In this document: piece after piece, positions 19,686 to 28,892 of the stretch
Layout: each line of letters begins with the position of its first letter
How positions within the stretch are numbered: the stretch's first letter is position 1
IMG/VR virus record: IMGVR_UViG_3300029953_000001
Strand: one strand, 5' to 3'
DNA: 64,000 nt
From: a virus
The notes under the pieces: model-generated
Databases searched by the model: none
What the model saw: the letters and a program-made list of their open reading frames with translations, nothing else
Told to the model about the DNA's origin: nothing
Program-made: the position numbers and the translations under genes

Positions 19686-19824
19686 CCTTCAGTCAACCCC
19701 GCGTCCCGCTCAGCATCAAGGCTCCCTCACAGACCAGATGATTGAGCTTCGGAAACTGGCCGCTCACTTCGGTTTGTACGACGCCGATGACTGGCTCATC
19801 AGAAACTTTTTTGAGAAGTCTGCT

Positions 19825-19853
19825 GCTCGAAAAACCTGACGGTTTGGTATACT
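19825..19853 (+). promoter_or_regulatory. Class A promoter, leaderless
   Basis: GCTCGA-N17-TATACT-N6-ATG (19860). Confidence 0.7.
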
Positions 19854-19859
19854 GTAGGT

Positions 19860-20147
19860 ATGACCAAGGACGAACTCACTACCGACACGAACGTGGCCTT
19901 CAAAATCAAGGTGCATGTTGACGGCAAGACCAAGTGGTCACCGCTGCTGTCTTTCACCAAGGTGCATGGCGAGTACCTGTTCTTCAAGCCGGTCGAGGAT
20001 ACTCTGTCTACTCTCACTCACGAAATCATTCAGGTCTATCTTGGCAGCGAGAGTTGTCTCGCGGATGCGAAGAAGTTCATCCAGTGTAAGTTCTACGGTG
20101 AGTGGGTGAAGGCTCCGCATGTATGTGGAAAAGACTGCCCCTTGTAA
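19860..20147 (+). CDS. Hypothetical protein
   Basis: 95 aa, directly downstream of the promoter. Confidence 0.65.
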   Translation: MTKDELTTDTNVAFKIKVHVDGKTKWSPLLSFTKVHGEYLFFKPVEDTLSTLTHEIIQVYLGSESCLADAKKFIQCKFYGEWVKAPHVCGKDCPL

Positions 20148-20177
20148 GTCTCGCGAACATGCTTTACAATTCGGGAC

Positions 20178-20904
20178 ATGCAATTAGAATCCCAACACGT
20201 TCGCATCCAGCTTCAAGAGTATCGCTCTAACAAGTTCGTCAAGGGAGAAGCAGAAGACTTCCTTTCGTACAGCCATCTACAACACCCAACGTGGCACCCC
20301 CCCGGTCAACTTCGATGACCTAATGAAGCGGTATCCCTCGCTGGTGTCCAACACCGTACGTAGGTTCATGAAGTACAGTACGGGGCTGGAGCGGCTGGAT
20401 AGGGAGGAGAACGCTCGTTCGGAAAACGAGGCTGACCTTGAAGAGTGGGTGCAGGATGTGTACCTGCATCTGATGTCCCTCTCTTCGGACAGCATCTATC
20501 GGGCACAAGGATTCTCCGATAAGATTCAGGTGTACGACCCGTCGCTGTGCCCTGCCAATCTTACACCCGCGAAGCATTTCACGATGTACTTGACTCAAAT
20601 CATCCGACACTTCATACTTACCAAGCTATACAAGCGACGGAAGGATGCACTGCACTACGAACACGATAAGTGCCCGTGGGATGAGGTTACTGTCGTAGTC
20701 AATCCCGAACCCAACATGAACCGAAATATCCTCCTTCGAGAGTGTGTGGACTACATATCTGAAGCGACCGCAACCGGCTCTCTCAAGGGAGAGAACTGGA
20801 AGACGCTTGCAACAAAGCTAGGGGTATGTACCAGCGCGGAAAGGGTACGCCCGAGAGTGCTTCACTACTTGAAGGCACACGGAAACGCTCACCTTCAGTA
20901 TTAG
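20178..20904 (+). CDS. ECF-like sigma factor (main ORF 20323-20904; N-terminus may be joined by a +1 frameshift)
   Basis: Region-2-like DLEEWVQDVYLHLM..FTMYLTQIIRHFILTKLYKRRK; C-terminal HTH-like WKTLATKLGV. Confidence 0.55.
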
Positions 20905-20931
20905 ATTAGAAGACAAGGCCAAGGAGAGAAA

Positions 20932-21210
20932 ATGAAAGCGGAAACCCAGTCCATCCTATCGCTCATCGCAGACAAGTCTTACGATGAGTACAACAACATC
21001 CTCCCCATCATCAAGCAGAAGTTGGGGCATGAGCGGGTTCAGGCGTTCGAGGCAACTCTGATTGAAGAGTTGCCGTTGACGACCGCTCGTCGGGCCTATC
21101 GTGCGGCTATCATGGTCGCCATGGGTGAGGAAAAGGTGTACCGCGAAATCAATCACCAGCGTCCAGTGCTTGAGAAGAAGCCGAAGAAGGTTGTCGCAGC
21201 GAAGAAATAG
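20932..21210 (+). CDS. Hypothetical protein
   Basis: AAGGAG SD; 92 aa. Confidence 0.65.
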   Translation: MKAETQSILSLIADKSYDEYNNILPIIKQKLGHERVQAFEATLIEELPLTTARRAYRAAIMVAMGEEKVYREINHQRPVLEKKPKKVVAAKK

Positions 21211-21273
21211 GTTTTGGGGTCGGGCATTTATGCTATACTATGCGGGACATGCGTCTTCCAAACAGGAGTCATT

Positions 21274-21753
21274 ATGGCCGACCCCAAAACCAAACTGGAG
21301 CAACTGATAGAAGAACACGGCGGGAAGTTGATTCGGCAAGCTAACCATAACGTATTCCTGTTCCCGAATGGTAAGAAGCTCGTCGTAGCAAAGACCCCCT
21401 CATGTCATCGCTCGTACGACAACACAGCAGCCTTGCTGAAGAATCTTCTAGGTGTGCATTCACCAGACCGGGGGGCATCGGGGGAACGTCGAGAGAAGCG
21501 ACTGAAGCGACGTATCGAAGGTCGAGCTATTCTACCTGCGGCTCTCCATGAAGTACCCACTGTGGATTGGAAGAACAAGTTGGCTGAGGTCAAGGAAGTC
21601 CTACCGGAGGCTAATCGACCCGTGGCTCAGCAACGTTCGATGTCATCTGCACGAATCATCAAGCATCCGGTGCATGGTCAACCTAAGCCGGAGAGCACAC
21701 TACCTCCGGTTGACATCACAGATTTGGCAGCGAAGTTCAAGGGAGATAACTAA
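21274..21753 (+). CDS. Protein with N-terminal HicA-like (dsRBD-fold) domain
   Basis: LEQLIEEHGGKLIRQANHNVFLFPNGKKLVVAKTPS; AGGAG SD. Confidence 0.55.
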   Translation: MADPKTKLEQLIEEHGGKLIRQANHNVFLFPNGKKLVVAKTPSCHRSYDNTAALLKNLLGVHSPDRGASGERREKRLKRRIEGRAILPAALHEVPTVDWKNKLAEVKEVLPEANRPVAQQRSMSSARIIKHPVHGQPKPESTLPPVDITDLAAKFKGDN

Positions 21754-22033
21754 TGAAGAACCCACCCATCTCACAAGCTGACCCACACTGGATGAATACG
21801 AACGTAGGCTGGCGGAACAGGGGTACGTTTGTGCTATGTGCTCACAGCCTGAGGTTGAGATGAGAGGCGGTAAGTTGCTTCGGATGGCGGTTGACCATGA
21901 CCATATAACTGGTGAAGTTAGAGGGCTTCTATGCAAACGGTGCAACAGGGCACTGGGTATCTTGGAAGACTCCATCGAACTGTTGCAGAGAGCTATCCAA
22001 TACCTACAGAAGGCGGCAGCAGCACATGGGTAA
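21753..22033 (+). pseudogene. Endonuclease VII-like nuclease, 5' end disrupted
   Basis: TLDEYERRLAEQGYVCAMC...AVDHDHITGEVRGLLCKRCNRALG. The coupled ATG at 21753 is in a different frame. Confidence 0.7.
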
Positions 22034-22490
22034 GTCCGTAGGTTTCACTGGTACTAAAAACGGTATGACAGATAGCCAGAAGTTTGAACTGGTGGAGTAC
22101 CTGCGATATTTGAAGGCTCAGGGTTACACCGAGTTTAGGCACGGTGACTGCATCGGGGCTGACGCTCAGGCGGCTGGTCTGGCAAAGCAGATAGGGTTCA
22201 TCCTCATCTGTCACCCCGGTCACCCCAAGGATAAGGACAACACGATGTACCGGGCCTTCACCAAGTTCAACGATGAAGTACGGGAGTCCAAGCCGTTCAT
22301 CGCTCGTGACCATGACATTGTGGACGAGACTGAGAGAATGATTGCCACACCAGCCGGGGAAGAGCAAGTACGTAGTGGAACGTGGACGACCATTCGCTAC
22401 GCAAAAAAGAAGGGTCGGGAGGTACGCATCATTATGCCTCCGGTAAAGCCCAACCTGTACACATCACTGGACATCACTGGAGGGAAGTAA
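22026..22490 (+). CDS. SLOG superfamily (YspA/DprA-like) nucleotide-binding protein
   Basis: VGFTGT, HGDCIGAD, RDHDIVD, SGTWTTIRYAKKKG. Confidence 0.75.
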   Translation: MGKSVGFTGTKNGMTDSQKFELVEYLRYLKAQGYTEFRHGDCIGADAQAAGLAKQIGFILICHPGHPKDKDNTMYRAFTKFNDEVRESKPFIARDHDIVDETERMIATPAGEEQVRSGTWTTIRYAKKKGREVRIIMPPVKPNLYTSLDITGGK

Positions 22491-22997
22491 ATGTCATTGG
22501 AACGTTTTAGGATGGCACCGGGGGAAGTGGCGAAGATGATACTCCTGCCTCCTGCTACCAATACCTACACCGAGAAGTACACTCACTTCCTCGACAAGGA
22601 AAAGAAGATTCCAGTGTCACATCTGGAAGACCTCCCGTGCCCTGTGTGTGATGCCGGTATTCCGTGTATGGAGAAGTACGCCATCCAAGCTGACTTAGAG
22701 TCTCAAGTACGCTTCCCACGTTCCAAGAAAAGGCGTATTAGAAACAAGTGGGCCAAGCAGCCGAAGAACTTCAAGAATATACCCATGCAGTTCTACGTGT
22801 CGAAGGAGCAGAAGGAAGCCATCGACAAGATGTTCGGTAAGACCATTCAGGAGTTACAAGACCGTGAACGTTCTCGTTATAGTACCGACCCACGACCGGA
22901 AAGATTTCTTGGACGAGGCGATGCAGTCGGTGTACGCACAGACTATGAAGCCTCGTACGATAGTGACTGGGAACGTCGCACCTTCCCAACCGGGTGA
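22491..22997 (+). CDS. Hypothetical protein
   Basis: CPVC and QVRFPRSKKRRIRNKW motifs; 3' end overlaps the next gene. Confidence 0.55.
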   Translation: MSLERFRMAPGEVAKMILLPPATNTYTEKYTHFLDKEKKIPVSHLEDLPCPVCDAGIPCMEKYAIQADLESQVRFPRSKKRRIRNKWAKQPKNFKNIPMQFYVSKEQKEAIDKMFGKTIQELQDRERSRYSTDPRPERFLGRGDAVGVRTDYEASYDSDWERRTFPTG

Positions 22998-23439
22998 CTA
23001 CACCTTTGTTCACTCGGACGAGGGGCTCATCGTGAAGTTGAACACTACCATTGCAGCGAACGACTGCGATGCGTTCATCCTTCTGAGCGATGATGACACT
23101 CTGCTGCCTGAGTACGTTGAGAAGACCTCCGCCATGATGGAGACGACAGGGGCGGACATCGTGTACACCGAGTTCAACAATGAGCCGGTGACTGCCCTCA
23201 TCCGCAAGTCCATTTGGGAAAAGGTTGGCGGCTTCGCTGAGATGGGTTTCTTCGACTGGGACTTTTACTGGTCGTGCCGTGAAGCTGGGGCTCTCTCAAT
23301 ACCCATTCGGGAGCACCTGTTCGTGTATCGGCAGCATGAGGCACAGATGGCAAAGCACGGGGAGTGGAAATCTGACGGCTCGTGGGCAAAGTGGGAAGTA
23401 GCTATCTTAGAGAAGCACCCGAAGCGAGGTCAACCGTGA
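22864..23439 (+). CDS. Glycosyltransferase family 2
   Basis: VIVPTHDRKDFLDEAMQSVYAQT, DxD motif LSDDD, VGGF..DWDF, YRQH. Confidence 0.85.
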   Translation: MNVLVIVPTHDRKDFLDEAMQSVYAQTMKPRTIVTGNVAPSQPGDYTFVHSDEGLIVKLNTTIAANDCDAFILLSDDDTLLPEYVEKTSAMMETTGADIVYTEFNNEPVTALIRKSIWEKVGGFAEMGFFDWDFYWSCREAGALSIPIREHLFVYRQHEAQMAKHGEWKSDGSWAKWEVAILEKHPKRGQP

Positions 23440-23702
23440 AGAAGCAGAAGGTCATCGTCGTTAACGTCCCGAAGCGGAAGACGCCCACCAAGCAGGTTCT
23501 GTTGGAAGTCCTGCTCTCGGCTTTGAACTGTGAGAGTCATTTCGAGAAGCCCACTATCATCAACAACGACCCCCTATATTCCATGGACGGGGCTCAGGTG
23601 ATTTGCGACCAGTGCGTCAAACGCATTCGTGAGGCACTGGACTTGAAGGATGACGAGGGAGCCCCGTGCTCCTTCCAATACTTCGGCCCCATGGGTGAGT
23701 AA
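23436..23702 (+). CDS. Hypothetical protein
   Basis: GTGA overlap with the previous stop; CDQC motif. Confidence 0.55.
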   Translation: MKKQKVIVVNVPKRKTPTKQVLLEVLLSALNCESHFEKPTIINNDPLYSMDGAQVICDQCVKRIREALDLKDDEGAPCSFQYFGPMGE

Positions 23703-24310
23703 TGGCAAAGTATCTCCCCAACCCAGCTAACCTCGCCCTGTTCAAAGTTGTAATGGCCCCGAAGCCCGGACTGAAGACTGAGGTTACGATATACGCAGCA
23801 GACTTAGCTCAAGCGAAGAGTAAGGTAGAAGCGTTGTGGGAGTTTGCTGTGCTCTCGGCGAAGGCAGTGGCGGTCAAAGAACCTCCCCCTCCTCCGGTCA
23901 AGGCACCCAAGGCCCAGCTTGAACTCACACCGTCCTACACGTATTCCGTACCGAATGACGTTCCTCTTGGGCTCTTCACGTATTGTCACGCTGCTGTGCC
24001 CACCGAAGAGCAAGCTCATGCTATCCTTCTCGCCTTCGAAGAGCATGTGACGCAACCGGTGCTTTTACAGAACTGCACGTCGGGTAAGAAGTTGCTCCCG
24101 GACAAACCAGTGGACGGGGTGTTCGCGTTCATCTGGCAACTCGCACGGTGCATGAGTGGTGAGGACAAGCATCTACCCTCCACCGCATACATCGACCTTA
24201 TCGACGGCACGTCTAAGCTCACGCATCTTCGAGTAGACCCCGGCGAAGTGAAGACCATCATGAAATTTCTTGAGACTCAAGCGGGGCAACTGGTGAAGGG
24301 AATGAAATGA
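23702..24310 (+). CDS. Hypothetical protein
   Basis: 202 aa; TAATG coupling. Confidence 0.65.
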   Translation: MAKYLPNPANLALFKVVMAPKPGLKTEVTIYAADLAQAKSKVEALWEFAVLSAKAVAVKEPPPPPVKAPKAQLELTPSYTYSVPNDVPLGLFTYCHAAVPTEEQAHAILLAFEEHVTQPVLLQNCTSGKKLLPDKPVDGVFAFIWQLARCMSGEDKHLPSTAYIDLIDGTSKLTHLRVDPGEVKTIMKFLETQAGQLVKGMK

Positions 24311-24624
24311 AACGACTCTGTGTGTTTTACTACAAGGCGGATGGGTGGCTTGGTCGAAAGATTGAGTGGATTGTCTGCAAGGAGTGTCAGAAGAAACTCG
24401 TGCGGGGAGAGACATTGCCCTGCGTTATCAGCTTTGACCCGGAGGCACAGACCCGCGAATTTGAACGAGATTAGGGATGCTCCCGCCCCGCCCCTTCGCT
24501 GCACCTGTGCGTGCATGTGCAACGTCGTCCTCAAGGATTATGAGGTTCGGTTCTTTGAGCGGAACCTCGATGCCTACCCACGGAATGTGTGCGGTAGATG
24601 CTGGGACGAGACCAGAGAAAAAGT

Positions 24625-24653
24625 TAGCCAAAAACTATTTCAGCAGGTATACT
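24625..24653 (+). promoter_or_regulatory. Class A promoter, leaderless
   Basis: TAGCCA-N17-TATACT-N6-ATG (24660). Confidence 0.6.
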
Positions 24654-24659
24654 ACCCGT

Positions 24660-25211
24660 ATGAACGTGAATGTTGAAGAGATTGTTGGCACCGTGGTGAA
24701 TGTATTCGACCTACGCTATTGGGACGACCCTGTGTTGTCCATGGTGTGCGACCCGGTACGGGACTCAGAGTTCGGACCCAAGCTGGAGAAGTACGCGGAG
24801 CGGATGATTGTCACCATGGGCAACGCCAAGGGCTGGGGTCTGGCCTCACCGCAAGTTGGGGTGCCCATCCGCATGTTCGTGATGAAGTTCCCGGATACAT
24901 CAGGAGCAGCAATCGCAGTTTGCAACCCCACGCTGGAACTCAGTGGCCCCATCGTCCATGGTCAGGAAGGTTGTCTGTCCCTGCCTTCTATTTTCTCTCA
25001 GGTAGAGAGGTCTGAGATGGCGGTGATGCGCTACTTCACTCCCAGTGGCGTTGAGCAGGAACTCCCGCTCACAGGGCTGGATGCACGAGTGGCACAGCAT
25101 GAGTATGACCACACCATGGGTATCATGTTCATATCCCGGCTACCTCGCCAATTGAGGAGAGCGGCGGAGCGGGAGTGGGAAAAGGCTAAGCACCGTTATG
25201 TGAAGCAATAG
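24660..25211 (+). CDS. def: Peptide deformylase
   Basis: GWGLASPQVG, EGCLSLP and QHEYDH motifs. Confidence 0.95.
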   Translation: MNVNVEEIVGTVVNVFDLRYWDDPVLSMVCDPVRDSEFGPKLEKYAERMIVTMGNAKGWGLASPQVGVPIRMFVMKFPDTSGAAIAVCNPTLELSGPIVHGQEGCLSLPSIFSQVERSEMAVMRYFTPSGVEQELPLTGLDARVAQHEYDHTMGIMFISRLPRQLRRAAEREWEKAKHRYVKQ

Positions 25212-25740
25212 CTTTGCACATACCGATGAACTCTGACTCATCCAAGTCCATCTTCATCTTGTTGACGGTCTTATGAACCCACTGAACATTATCTCTGGAG
25301 TACCCCTTGGTCGAGTTGATACGGTCGAGGGAAGCAGTGGTCTCTCCACGATTCATGTCTCCCTTGACGGTGTTTGAAATACTGATGGGTAGCCCGGACA
25401 ATGCACACTTGTTGGATTGTTGGGTATACAGCAACCCGTACAAGAACTCCTTGGCTTCCTTCACGGCTCCAAGTTCTACTGCTATACCTCGCAGCTTTGC
25501 GTTCCTTAGAATCCGCCCCCATACTCGTGCATTGAGTTTATGTTTGTGACCAGTACCCCAGCAGTGACGACACTGGGTGCTCCGCCCGTTCTTCAAGGAC
25601 ATCCCCATAATGGATTTTTCGACACCACACTCACATCGGCACCACCAATACACGTTCGTTGCGGTTTTGTCAAGGTCTCGATGTAGCACTGTCCATCTAC
25701 CGAAGGTCTTATCTGTCAAGTCTAAAAAGTTGTATGTCAT
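25186..25740 (-). CDS. Free-standing HNH-type homing endonuclease
   Basis: DLTDKTFGRWTVL, WWCRCECG, CALSG, ASLDRINSTKGYSRDNVQWVHKTVNKMK. Confidence 0.85.
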   Translation of the reverse strand: MTYNFLDLTDKTFGRWTVLHRDLDKTATNVYWWCRCECGVEKSIMGMSLKNGRSTQCRHCWGTGHKHKLNARVWGRILRNAKLRGIAVELGAVKEAKEFLYGLLYTQQSNKCALSGLPISISNTVKGDMNRGETTASLDRINSTKGYSRDNVQWVHKTVNKMKMDLDESEFIGMCKAIASHNGA

Positions 25741-25799
25741 ACCTAAGAAGGCGAAAGTCGGGTAACTTTGGGTGTGGGATAAAAATTTCCAACAAACCT

Positions 25800-25829
25800 G
25801 TTCAAAAAGTACCCTCACTCCGGTATACT
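25800..25829 (+). promoter_or_regulatory. Class A promoter, leaderless
   Basis: (G)TTCAAA-N17-TATACT-N6-ATG (25836). Confidence 0.7.
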
Positions 25830-25835
25830 ACCTGT

Positions 25836-26042
25836 ATGCAAGAGACGTTCTGGACATTACTTCACGACCCGGCTCACTGGAAGTTCGAAATCTTCCTTCA
25901 GGTACTCGACGGTCTAATCTTTGGTGTAATCTGGAACCTGCTCTGGAACAAGTTATTCAAGAAGCACTGGCAGCATCATCTCGACCGTGACAATCAGGTC
26001 GTAACTCCCGCCTACAGCGGCGACACAGAACTACCGTACTAA
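25836..26042 (+). CDS. Small membrane protein
   Basis: MQETFWTLLHDPAHWKFEIFLQVLDGLIFGVIW; one TM. Confidence 0.6.
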   Translation: MQETFWTLLHDPAHWKFEIFLQVLDGLIFGVIWNLLWNKLFKKHWQHHLDRDNQVVTPAYSGDTELPY

Positions 26043-26052
26043 CGAGGAACAC

Positions 26053-26196
26053 ATGTACAGCAAAGAAAAAGAAGTTTGGCGAGGGAAGGCTGAGTACGCT
26101 TGCTGGGCGTTTGAACAGACTGGCGACCAGTTCTACTTGCAGAACGCCGCTGATGCAGTTTTTGAGTTCCAGAAAGTTGAACATGGCACACGATAA
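26053..26196 (+). CDS. Small hypothetical protein (47 aa)
   Basis: GAGGA SD; begins MYSKEKEVWRGKAEYACWAFEQTGDQFYL. Confidence 0.45.
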   Translation: MYSKEKEVWRGKAEYACWAFEQTGDQFYLQNAADAVFEFQKVEHGTR

Positions 26197-27268
26197 GGGT
26201 TTCACTGAACAGTACGTGGACTACTCCGATGGGCGTAAGAGCCCACCGACGCTGACCGTGATGGTTGGTATATCCGGCAGCGGCAAGTCCTTCTTGGCGA
26301 AGCAGTGGACTAACAAGAGCAGGGGAAACACCGTCCGCTTCAACCGCGACAACCTCCGCTCCATGTTGTACGTTGACGTGCCGTGGTCTGGCTATAACGA
26401 AGAGGTCACCCGCAAGCTGGAGCAGGAAGGCGTCACACTGGCCCTCCGCATGGGTCGCGATGTAATCGTGGATGACACCAACTGCGTCATCCGCACTCGG
26501 CATGGCTGGGAAGAGTTGGCTCGTAACGAGCGTGTGATGTTCCGGCTGGTGGTCATGACGACCTCACTCGAAGAGTGCATCGCTCGTGATGCGAAGCGTG
26601 AAGGCAAGGAATGTGTGACGGAGAAGATTGTCCGTTCGCAGTACAAGGATTTCACTGGAGGCAGCTTGACACCCCGAAGCTATGGATTGGTCTCGATGAA
26701 CCGGGCACTGACTGACCGGGCGGCTCTGCGTAGCAAGGAGTTCCCGCTGCGTCTGCCGGATGCCCCCTGCGTTCTGGTGGACATGGACGGCACCCTGTGC
26801 AACCATACCTCGGTTCGGTCTCCCTACGACGAGTCCTTGGTGCTGCTCGACACGCCGTGGATGCCAGTTGTGGAGTTGGTGCAGTCGCTCTACGCAACCC
26901 ACAACGTCTTCGTCGTGTCCGGTCGCAACGACAAGTGCGGTGAGGATTCGGAAGCGTGGCTCAACGAGTACAAGGTGCCGCATGACTACCTGCTGATGCG
27001 GGATGTCCCGAGTGTGCCAGATGTGGTCATAAAGAAGGTCATATTGGACGAGCTTCTGGCGGTCATGCCGCTGGACAAGATAGCTCTCGTGATAGACGAC
27101 CGTCCGAAGGTAGTCAAGATGTGGATGCGTGAGGGTCTGAAGGTCTACACCGTCTATCAGGGTGAGGAAGTGAAGAACTTCACCACCGCTCATCGTGACG
27201 GTTGCCCCTTCACCAACGCGAAGGATTACCGGCGTTGCCCGAAGTGCGGGGCAATGGAAAATTTTTGA
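26183..27268 (+). CDS. pseT: Polynucleotide 5'-kinase/3'-phosphatase (T4 PseT-like)
   Basis: P-loop GISGSGKS, NRDNLR, VIVDDTN; HAD motifs DMDGTL, SGR, IDDR. Confidence 0.92.
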   Translation: MAHDKGFTEQYVDYSDGRKSPPTLTVMVGISGSGKSFLAKQWTNKSRGNTVRFNRDNLRSMLYVDVPWSGYNEEVTRKLEQEGVTLALRMGRDVIVDDTNCVIRTRHGWEELARNERVMFRLVVMTTSLEECIARDAKREGKECVTEKIVRSQYKDFTGGSLTPRSYGLVSMNRALTDRAALRSKEFPLRLPDAPCVLVDMDGTLCNHTSVRSPYDESLVLLDTPWMPVVELVQSLYATHNVFVVSGRNDKCGEDSEAWLNEYKVPHDYLLMRDVPSVPDVVIKKVILDELLAVMPLDKIALVIDDRPKVVKMWMREGLKVYTVYQGEEVKNFTTAHRDGCPFTNAKDYRRCPKCGAMENF

Positions 27269-27287
27269 CGACAGGAAAATAACAACT

Positions 27288-27316
27288 ATGGCTCCCTACT
27301 ACAGGGAGCCATTTTT
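27288..27316 (+). promoter_or_regulatory. Hairpin sequestering the SD of the GIY-YIG gene (may also act as terminator)
   Basis: ATGGCTCCCT-actac-AGGGAGCCAT, then TTTT, then GTG start at 27317. Confidence 0.7.
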
Positions 27317-28054
27317 GTGTACATATACGTCATCACTAATAACACAACAGGTAAGATTTACATCGGCCAGCACAAAGGAACCAACCTAAGGAAGTATCTT
27401 CAGACTAAGCTGTCAGATGCGAGTAAGCATCGAGGGGGTCAATCCCTCCTGTATAACTCCATGCGTAAGCACCCCAAGGATGTCTGGTCAATCGAGCCCC
27501 TCATGGAGCTTGAAACCAAAGCTGAACTCGACCGTTGGGAACGCTTGCTCATAGCTCTTTACGACACCCGTAACACTGAAGTCGGCTACAACATCTGTCG
27601 CGGTGGTGAAGGCTTCAGCGGCAAGCACACAGACGAGTGGAGGAAGAACCACAGTGCGATGATGAAGGGTCGTGTGTTTTCTCCTGAGACTATAGCTAGA
27701 ATGAAGACGGCCCCAAAAACTCAAGTCCAGTTGGACAATCTAAAGTCCGAAAATCGCGTAGTTAGGATAAACGAACGATATGCTACCGACCCAAGTTACC
27801 GAGCCAAAGTAGCTAAGGCCGGTCGGGAGCGATGGAGTGAGTCCACGCCAGAGTATCAGGTTCAGTGGTCAGAACAACTCGCTGCGGCTGCGAGGAAACG
27901 GTGGGAAACCTACAGGGAAGGAGTTGCTAAAGACCCATTGACAATGCGAATTATTGATCTGCATCGAGAGGGGTTGTCACACAGAGCGATTGCACACGAG
28001 TTAGGTATTGGTAAGGATAAAGTTTATAGACGATTAAAGAGCAAAGGACTGTAA
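27317..28054 (+). CDS. GIY-YIG homing endonuclease
   Basis: YIYVITNNTTGKIYIGQ, GYNICRGGEG, NUMOD-like segment, C-terminal HTH. Confidence 0.9.
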   Translation: MYIYVITNNTTGKIYIGQHKGTNLRKYLQTKLSDASKHRGGQSLLYNSMRKHPKDVWSIEPLMELETKAELDRWERLLIALYDTRNTEVGYNICRGGEGFSGKHTDEWRKNHSAMMKGRVFSPETIARMKTAPKTQVQLDNLKSENRVVRINERYATDPSYRAKVAKAGRERWSESTPEYQVQWSEQLAAAARKRWETYREGVAKDPLTMRIIDLHREGLSHRAIAHELGIGKDKVYRRLKSKGL

Positions 28055-28073
28055 GGTATGATACTATTCGGCC

Positions 28074-28892
28074 ATGAGCAAGCCTTGGATTCACGCCGTG
28101 TCTTCGGCACGACGCTTCGGTGGGGCACCCGAAGATTACATTGAAATTCACAACCTAATGGACTCTTCCAAGAGTACAATAGCTGACAGCAGACACCGTG
28201 CTCTGACTCATACCTCATGGTTCGTGGGGTTCATCTTGGAGAAGGTGTTTGGCACTGTCATTACCAACTCAGCGGGTAAGCAAGTATCCGTGCGAGACAT
28301 AGGCGAGATGCACGTACTGGAAGACTACGGCGGTCGCTTCATCCCGTCCGTTCAAGACTTCTTCGAGAACATAGGAAATCTTCGATGCCAACCCCGTACT
28401 GCTCAGCTTCGGCTGGACACAATACACCCCGTACTTCAACGTCAGCCCACGATGTGTTCAAGGTGTAAGAACAAAAAGGTATCGGAACGCCACTCTAAGT
28501 TGAAGGCTTACTTTGGTAAACGTCAAAGTGGAGTACGAGCGAATGCACAGACCCGAAGTTTGGAGTATGCTTTACCAGATAGGTTTTTGCTAAACCAGTT
28601 TGATAAGCAGCAAGGGTTGTGCTTTTACACTGGGATTGAATTGCAGTATGTGCAAGGGCAGGGAACCAAAGATGCCACAGCATCGGTAGATCGGATCGAC
28701 AACTCGGTAGGGTATGTTCCCGGTAATGTGGTGCTGTGCAGTTACAAAGCTAATTCGGTGAAGCGAAACCTCACTCTGGTAGAGTTGAAAACGCTTATAC
28801 CAAGTTGGTACCACCGCTTGGTGGTAGAGAGATTGGTAGATGATGAAACTGGGCAACTACTTGGACTTGGACAACCTGCGACAGTTGATTGA
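28074..28892 (+). CDS. DUF6915-like N-terminal domain fused to an HNH endonuclease
   Basis: PWIHAVSSARRFGG..YIEIH..DSSK..RHRALTH..HVLED, then QQGLCFYTG..ASVDRIDNSVGYVPGNVVLC. Confidence 0.7.
   Translation: MSKPWIHAVSSARRFGGAPEDYIEIHNLMDSSKSTIADSRHRALTHTSWFVGFILEKVFGTVITNSAGKQVSVRDIGEMHVLEDYGGRFIPSVQDFFENIGNLRCQPRTAQLRLDTIHPVLQRQPTMCSRCKNKKVSERHSKLKAYFGKRQSGVRANAQTRSLEYALPDRFLLNQFDKQQGLCFYTGIELQYVQGQGTKDATASVDRIDNSVGYVPGNVVLCSYKANSVKRNLTLVELKTLIPSWYHRLVVERLVDDETGQLLGLGQPATVD

Noticed and set aside
27268-28074. Group I intron hosting the GIY-YIG gene (and likewise for the HNH/LAGLIDADG genes)
   Set aside because: The flanking genes are complete and the intergenic space is too short for an intron core; the endonucleases are free-standing.
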